64,000 nt of DNA, taken from Candidatus Kapaibacterium sp. (GTDB lineage Bacteria; Bacteroidota; Ignavibacteria; Kapaibacteriales; UBA2268). How positions within the stretch are numbered: the stretch's first letter is position 1; each line of letters begins with the position of its first letter. Below, piece after piece: positions 58,189 to 64,000 of this stretch. The DNA is taken from contig OY761611.1 in assembly GCA_963664875.1 (NCBI GenBank), forward strand, positions 1,696,001-1,760,000, given 5' to 3'. The notes beneath the pieces were generated by a model. The model was not told where the DNA came from and did not search any database. It was given only the letters and a program-made list of their open reading frames with translations. A program made the translations under genes and the position numbers.

Positions 58189-58563
58189 ATGAAAGAACTT
58201 ACCAAAGCTGAAGAACAGATAATGCTAATACTTTGGGAGAAGCAAAAGGCTTATGTGCGGGATATAATCAGCGAAATGGATGAGCCTAAGCCGGCTTATA
58301 CAACTGTTTCGACTATTGTCAGGATTTTGGAAAGCAAAGGCTATGTTTCTCATGAGGAAGTTGGGAAAATGCACAAATATTTTCCACTTGTCTCTAAAGA
58401 TGAATACACCGGCAGCTTTATGAAAGGATTTATCTCGAACTATTTTTCAGGTTCTTACAAAAATCTGCTTTCATTTTTCTCTAAAAACAAGGACTTAAGT
58501 CTAAGAGATTTAGAAGAAATAAAAGCTATAATTGATAAAGAAATCGATAATAAGAAGGATTGA
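58189..58563 (+). CDS. BlaI/MecI/CopY family transcriptional repressor
   Basis: LTKAEEQIM.ILW, PAYTTVSTIVRILE.KG, YFSGS; GGAG SD before ATG 58189. Confidence 0.95.
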   Translation: MKELTKAEEQIMLILWEKQKAYVRDIISEMDEPKPAYTTVSTIVRILESKGYVSHEEVGKMHKYFPLVSKDEYTGSFMKGFISNYFSGSYKNLLSFFSKNKDLSLRDLEEIKAIIDKEIDNKKD

Positions 58564-58567
58564 TAGC

Positions 58568-60232
58568 ATGGAACTCCTGATTTATAATTTAGAAGTAGCT
58601 GTTTGCCTTGCTGTATTATACTTTTTGTACTTCGTTTTCTTTAGAAGTACAACTTTTCATCAACTTAATAGAGCTGTGGTTCTGCTTTCTCTTTTGACGG
58701 CATTTGTTTTCCCTATGCTTGAATTCCAATCAGATTTAGACATATCTAGTGAGTTCAGAATAGTGGAATTGCAAGATGAAGTAACTTCTTTAGAAACAAA
58801 GTTGATTGAAGTTCAAGCAAATACAAATAAATTGGTAAAGAAAAAAGAAACTTCCTTCTTTTGGTCAGAGCATTTTTTGTATGGTATGATGGCTTTTTGG
58901 CTTTTGAAATACATATATTCAAACATAAAAATCGTAAACCTAATTAGAAAATCCCATCTTATCAACCACAAGGGCAATAGCTTATATCTATCAAACAAAG
59001 ATTTAAGCCCATTCACTTACTTTAATAAAATAGTTATGCCACGAAGTATGTTTGAAAGTGAAAACAGAGAAGCCGTAATAGCACATGAACTCATTCACGC
59101 TAAACAGTGGCATAATCCTGATTTGCATCTGATAAACATTCTAAAGTCATTTCAGTTTTTCAATCCGTTTATCTACCTATTTGAAAAAGAGCTCAAAGCA
59201 ACTCACGAATATATAGCCGATTCTGTAGCGGTTAGAGATTCAAATAATAAATCTGACTATATGCAAAGTCTGCTTAGTATTTCTCTTGGCGCCAACGTCA
59301 CAGGCATTGCAGATAGTTTCAATGGTATCAAACTCATAAGGAGATTGAAAATGCTCAATAAAGAAAAATCAGGTTCAACTGTCAAATTAAAGTATCTGGC
59401 TCTATTGCCTGTGCTTGCAGGACTATTTTTTGTGTTCGCCTGCACCGAGCAGGGACATTTTGGGTATCGAAATGAAGATAATTATGTTCGTGCTGATTCT
59501 TTTGCGACCACAAGTATTAAGATGCGTGAAGAAATACAAAAAAGACTACGGCTTTCAGAAGAATGGAAAAACGGAACTAAATGTGCAAAGTTTATAGTAA
59601 GCTATGAAGTCGATACAAACGGAAACATTAGGGAGCCTTATATCTCGAATGCAAAATTTGCTCAGAGTAAAAAATGGAGTCTCAAAAGCATTGATAAAGA
59701 TATAGAATTGCAAATTATTCAAGCAGTCAAAGACATCAATCCAAAATACAGACCTGCCTTGAAAGACGGCAAACCTGTTTTAGGTACAGCCGGTTGTGAA
59801 ATACTTTTAGGTAGTCGCTCTAAGTGGAATACTTATAATGCAGCCGGCAAAGTATCAGTAAAATTGGCAGATAGAGACTACACTGTGGGATACATCAATC
59901 CTTCTGAACAGGCTGAAAATAAAGATGATATGGGGCTGCCACTCCTTAGTCATACTCAATGTCAAGAACTTCCTAAGCTAATGGAATACCCTGATGCAGC
60001 AAGAGAAGCAAAAGCGATTGGCTATGTAGAGCTGACTTTTAAAGTAAACAAAGAAGGAAATGCGACTAATATTAGAGTTATCAAAGGCATGGACTATGGT
60101 TGTGATGAAGCTGCAGTTGCAGCTCTAACTAAACTTGGTGGTTTCCGACCAAATCAAACTTTTGATGGACAGGAACAGCTAAATCTTACTTTGAAATATC
60201 GATATGGTTCGTATTCCACTTATAAACCATAG
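58568..60232 (+). CDS. BlaR1-like M56 peptidase with C-terminal TonB_C domains
   Basis: TFHQLNR, HELIH (HExxH), FFNPF, HEYIAD; C-terminal YP..A....AIG.V.L.F.V...G and GCDEAAV. Confidence 0.9.
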   Translation: MELLIYNLEVAVCLAVLYFLYFVFFRSTTFHQLNRAVVLLSLLTAFVFPMLEFQSDLDISSEFRIVELQDEVTSLETKLIEVQANTNKLVKKKETSFFWSEHFLYGMMAFWLLKYIYSNIKIVNLIRKSHLINHKGNSLYLSNKDLSPFTYFNKIVMPRSMFESENREAVIAHELIHAKQWHNPDLHLINILKSFQFFNPFIYLFEKELKATHEYIADSVAVRDSNNKSDYMQSLLSISLGANVTGIADSFNGIKLIRRLKMLNKEKSGSTVKLKYLALLPVLAGLFFVFACTEQGHFGYRNEDNYVRADSFATTSIKMREEIQKRLRLSEEWKNGTKCAKFIVSYEVDTNGNIREPYISNAKFAQSKKWSLKSIDKDIELQIIQAVKDINPKYRPALKDGKPVLGTAGCEILLGSRSKWNTYNAAGKVSVKLADRDYTVGYINPSEQAENKDDMGLPLLSHTQCQELPKLMEYPDAAREAKAIGYVELTFKVNKEGNATNIRVIKGMDYGCDEAAVAALTKLGGFRPNQTFDGQEQLNLTLKYRYGSYSTYKP

Positions 60233-60245
60233 CTGAACTAAGTAA

Positions 60246-60379
60246 GAGGCTGAAAGCCTCAAAGATAACAGCCCGGGGCAGCACCCCGGGTAAATTATCT
60301 ATAAAAAAATATTGAGCCCTGTAAGTTCCGTCAGTTTGAGACACTAAAGGTCACTGAGCGAGTGAAACGAGTCGAAGTG
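60246..60379 (+). repeat. REP-like family C copy whose last hairpin is interrupted, followed by an inverted family B element
   Basis: 60246-60325 matches 12661-12741 (inverted). GGTCACTGAGCGAGTGAAACGAGTCGAAGTG at 60349-60379. Confidence 0.75.
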
Positions 60380-60779
60380 TGCCCTTAACATTTTGTGAAA
60401 CTCAACTTACTGAGAATAATGAACAATCAGCTATTTAATTTGCTTTTCATTCTGCTAAAAAGCATTCAATTGAATATCTATGCTCACTGGTGACATATTC
60501 AATTGCGACTCTTTATTTTTGACGCTGGAAGAAGAGTAATCATATTTTATATCAAAAACAAGGGAAGCAGATTTTTTAAGCTTTCTTATATTGACTCTCG
60601 CTACATTTTACAAACTTTCAGAACCTGCCTCATTTAGCCAACGCCAAAGCAAATAAAAATCCAACATTAGCAAAGTTTTTACCTGCTTATACGTAACTAA
60701 ATAAAAAAGTAAATGCACTTTGCAACCAATTATTGATTGCTGTGTAACTTATATAAAATGTATCCCAATACTGTTTATT

Positions 60780-61349
60780 ATGGCGAATAATTTTGCAGCA
60801 TATAGTGATATAGAACTCGCAGAGATGCTAAGCTCCTCGACTAAAGATTCGGAGTTTGCTTTCAGAGAGCTCTACGACAGGTACTCGGCAGGGGTGCATG
60901 CCTACTGTTTGCGTGTGCTTGGTGATGAAGATGCTGCAGAAGACATTTTCCAGGAAACTTTTATAAAGTTCTACAAAAATGTGCAGGGCAATCACGAAAG
61001 CAAAAATATTCAAGGCTTTTTGATAACTATTGCACGAAATTTGTGTCTCAATTACAAAAGAGACAAAAAAAATACCGTCGAAGTTGACAAACTCGACTTT
61101 TATATGCACGACAATCAAAATTATGAGCAAAAAGAACTTTTAGATTTGATAAATACAGCCTTAGAACTCGTGGAATATGAATACCGCGAGGCTTTTGTCC
61201 TAAGAGAATATAGTGGTTTTTCGTATCAGGACATTGCTGATGCCTGCGAAATAACAGTAGCAAACGCAAAATCCCGAGTGTTCAGGGCAAAACAAAAAAT
61301 AAAAGAAATACTGCAACCTTATCTGAAAGATTTATCTAAATTGCGGTGA
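60780..61349 (+). CDS. ECF-subfamily RNA polymerase sigma factor
   Basis: AF.ELYDRY, AEDIFQETF (region 2), SYQDIA...NAKSRVFRAK (region 4); TGCAAC-N16-TGTAA upstream (60721-60747). Confidence 0.95.
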   Translation: MANNFAAYSDIELAEMLSSSTKDSEFAFRELYDRYSAGVHAYCLRVLGDEDAAEDIFQETFIKFYKNVQGNHESKNIQGFLITIARNLCLNYKRDKKNTVEVDKLDFYMHDNQNYEQKELLDLINTALELVEYEYREAFVLREYSGFSYQDIADACEITVANAKSRVFRAKQKIKEILQPYLKDLSKLR

Positions 61350-61353
61350 AATT

Positions 61354-62595
61354 ATGGAAAAAGACAGAATTATACATGATTTTTTAGATGGCTCGCTGTC
61401 TAACGAAAAAGAAGCAGAACTGTTCTATAGTCTATCTTCTGACGATGAATTGCGGATGGAACTGAAAGAACAGCTCGCTATAAAAAATGCTATCAAGGGC
61501 GATTTGAAAGCTAAAACTCCGAAAGTAGCTTCTACTATGGCTATTTTCTCAGAGTTGGGCTTTACTCCTCCTCCTGTGGCAAATATTCCTAACACCGGTT
61601 CTGCTGTTACTTCGCCTCTAAGCAAAGTTGCTGCTGTTTTGTCAAAATATACCGGCTTTATAGCTACAGGTATAACTGCTGCTTTGACTACAGCTGTAGT
61701 TATGCTAATGCTTTTGGAACCTGAGATTTTCTCCAATTCCGATCTCGCTTCTGTGAGCAAGGATAAAATAACTGTAAGCGAGCAAAACGATAATCAAAAT
61801 AATAATAATCAGAACCAAATACCTGTCATTAGCAGCGAAGAGGATACTAAGCAAGAAAGTGTTGCTACTGCCGACAATAAAGAAACTGTTGTTTATAAAT
61901 ATATCTATATTACCAAAGAGAAGCCTGAAGCTAAAGATGTTGCACAGGTAGAATCCATTGTAAAACAGCTGCATCAATCTGAGCCTGCAAGCCGTTCTTT
62001 GCCTTCTGCAATTGAAAGTAAAGTTGTTTTCCCTATTTATCAAAGTCCGGTTTCAAATACTATTGTAGGGGCATATCGGTTTGATAAAACTGAAGAAATA
62101 TCTTCTTCTAATTACGGAATCGTTATAGAGTTTAGATCTGCAAAAGACTGGACTAATTCCAACGGATTGAATCCTGCAAGTTATCAGGACTGGAATAACA
62201 TTTCATTAGGCTTATTCAAATCTGTCAACGAAGAGTTTATGCTTGGTGTGGAATACAGAAGAGAAAATTTCTATCTCGACTTCAAAGGCATTGAAGGCGA
62301 GAACGATATGTATAAATACGAAGTATATCCAAATTTGAGTTCTCTGACAGCAGCTGTGCGTTACTCTCCTGACTTTATGAAATTTTATGATTTGTCTCCG
62401 TTTTTGCAGTTGTCTTTGGGTGCAAACAATGCCGGCCCTATAGGTAGATTCTTTGTAGGAACTGAGTATTCTCCACATCAATCCTATTCTTTAATTTTCG
62501 GAATAGATGGAAGTGCTATGCGTTACAATTTCCAAAATGTAGATTATACTTCGCAGAAATATGGTATTCAATTTGGAGCATCGTTCAAATTCTAA
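61354..62595 (+). CDS. Putative anti-sigma factor: N-terminal ASD, one TM, disordered linker, C-terminal outer-membrane beta-barrel
   Basis: IHDFLDGSLS.E.E ASD-like start; TM at ~aa 100-120; N/Q-rich linker; amphipathic strands ending QFGASFKF. Confidence 0.75.
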   Translation: MEKDRIIHDFLDGSLSNEKEAELFYSLSSDDELRMELKEQLAIKNAIKGDLKAKTPKVASTMAIFSELGFTPPPVANIPNTGSAVTSPLSKVAAVLSKYTGFIATGITAALTTAVVMLMLLEPEIFSNSDLASVSKDKITVSEQNDNQNNNNQNQIPVISSEEDTKQESVATADNKETVVYKYIYITKEKPEAKDVAQVESIVKQLHQSEPASRSLPSAIESKVVFPIYQSPVSNTIVGAYRFDKTEEISSSNYGIVIEFRSAKDWTNSNGLNPASYQDWNNISLGLFKSVNEEFMLGVEYRRENFYLDFKGIEGENDMYKYEVYPNLSSLTAAVRYSPDFMKFYDLSPFLQLSLGANNAGPIGRFFVGTEYSPHQSYSLIFGIDGSAMRYNFQNVDYTSQKYGIQFGASFKF

Positions 62596-63302
62596 TGAAA
62601 AAGGTACGCTACATATTGCTTTTCAGTCTGTGGATGATTTTCCTTGTTGCCTGTGATAGCCCGACAGAGTTGGATGAAAACGTCAAGAAGACATCCATAG
62701 AAAAAAATCTTACAGAATCATCGGGTTTGCTAATTGAAAATGACAGTATAATTTCGCCGCCCGTAAATGGCAAAATTGTATTTGATACCACAAATCTTAA
62801 AGGTTCCAGTGGCATTATAGAAACATATAATTACTATGGCGACTATTATATGTGGGAACGAAAAGTTTTTTGGTTTGATGCTTTCAAAATTGAAATAGAC
62901 ACCGCAACACAAAAAATATCTTTTAATATAGACATAAAAACAAACGATTTGCAGAAATACAGCTTTTCACCATCTGACAGAATAGGCAAATTCCAAATAC
63001 AAATCGAGGATTTGGATTACTCAGAACCTCAAACTGATTTACCACTAAACTCTGCACTTGGTGAGAGCTTATGGTCATTATATACGGTCAGATCGGTCAA
63101 TGCACAGCCGGGTGAGGGGCATATAAAAATATACGAAGGCAAATCTTCATTGGCGTTCCTGAGCCTAATTCCACGTAAAAAGAAGGACAGTCAGGAAATC
63201 GCAGGGCTTTCAATCATGTTTGTACTCAATGCAGAGCAAATTAGCCTATCTTATCCGGGACTTTATTTCAACTTAGTTTACCAATTAGAGCTGTATCTTT
63301 AA
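62595..63302 (+). CDS. Hypothetical lipoprotein in the ECF operon
   Basis: Lipobox LVAC; TAATG overlap. Confidence 0.75.
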   Translation: MKKVRYILLFSLWMIFLVACDSPTELDENVKKTSIEKNLTESSGLLIENDSIISPPVNGKIVFDTTNLKGSSGIIETYNYYGDYYMWERKVFWFDAFKIEIDTATQKISFNIDIKTNDLQKYSFSPSDRIGKFQIQIEDLDYSEPQTDLPLNSALGESLWSLYTVRSVNAQPGEGHIKIYEGKSSLAFLSLIPRKKKDSQEIAGLSIMFVLNAEQISLSYPGLYFNLVYQLELYL

Positions 63303-63394
63303 CACAAAACACATATAACATTAGCATTTGATAATACCGAAATTCTTTCTTGCTTTTAGAACTACGAATAGCTATATTTGTATCACATAATCAC

Positions 63395-63467
<73 letters not shown>

Positions 63468-63475
63468 CAAAAATC

Positions 63476-63508
63476 AAAGCAGTATTTTTTAAAAGTACTG
63501 CTTTTTTT
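63476..63508 (+). terminator. tRNA terminator
   Basis: AAAGCAGTA...TACTGCTTT-TTTT. Confidence 0.8.
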
Positions 63509-63660
63509 GTTGACTGCTCTTATTATTTCTACTTTTATAAATACTACTATTTTACACGCCCCTCACAAATAGATTTCCAAAACATTTTAAGATGTTGTAA
63601 ACAATAAAGTTTTCACTCCTCCCCCACACATACCTAAGCCACCTCAAATCACTACTGATC

Positions 63661-64000
63661 TTAAGATGAAAATGCTAACTTTAGTTGCAAAGAAAAATAT
63701 TGATGATTCCAGTTTGTTCCATCTATTATGCTATTAAAAGGCAGATGATACAGCAAATTTAGGTTCGCAAAGACAGGCTTTGCTATTATATTAATCCCAA
63801 ATCCAAAGACATAATGCGAACGAATCCGATTTACCTCTGAGATATTTTGGTCTTCTATGAGGTATTTTCTGTCATTACCATTTTCATATCTTATTCTTGT
63901 GTCTTCCGATACCAGTTGGTAGAATTGGCTTGCTTTACTGTGAAAAGCATATTGCCCCTGCAAACCAAGCAAAAAATAATAGTATGTAGCTGCTGCTGTA
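63661..64000 (-). CDS. C-terminal part of an outer-membrane beta-barrel protein (starts beyond the window)
   Basis: Open frame to the window end; amphipathic strands ending FSLQLKLAFSS. Confidence 0.65.
   Translation of the reverse strand, partial: TAAATYYYFLLGLQGQYAFHSKASQFYQLVSEDTRIRYENGNDRKYLIEDQNISEVNRIRSHYVFGFGINIIAKPVFANLNLLYHLPFNSIIDGTNWNHQYFSLQLKLAFSS

Noticed and set aside
44-62912. Numerous 60-160 aa ORFs antisense to or nested in recognised genes
   Set aside because: Shadow frames of well-supported CDSs with no independent motifs.

Overview
A gene-dense, AT-rich bacterial chromosomal segment, mostly housekeeping. The host is probably Bacteroidota sensu lato (Kapabacteria/Ignavibacteria-like). 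This is an inference from T9SS-type C-terminal domains, recurrent TAnnTTTG promoter boxes and, unlike Bacteroides, clear Shine-Dalgarno use. Core genes are upp, hutU, creD, glyA, dut, metG, coaD, mnmG, catalase, lpxH, dnaX, lysC, aspA and an initiator tRNA-Met. Regulators include two sigma-54 activators, a BlaI/BlaR1-TonB pair and an ECF sigma/anti-sigma pair. Several secreted Ig-repeat proteins are also present. I see no prophage, CRISPR array, rRNA or transposase. The most interesting signals are non-coding or hidden. (1) An ~85-nt structured non-coding unit after mnmG lies between two convergent sigma-54-type promoters, with candidate enhancer and IHF sites (candidate sigma-54 sRNA/antisense system). 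(2) An A11 tract in dnaX has stops in both shifted frames (tau/gamma by slippage). (3) A shared ECF-type promoter motif precedes the ECF sigma gene and secreted cargo genes. (4) An unannotated MazE-C-terminus-like peptide is coupled to a membrane protein. (5) An XRE-ImmA/PIN module has an operator over its promoter. (6) Aspartase carries a cNMP-type domain with a non-canonical pocket. (7) Several REP/MITE-like palindrome families occur, including nested insertions. All calls come from reading motifs by eye; no database search was run.
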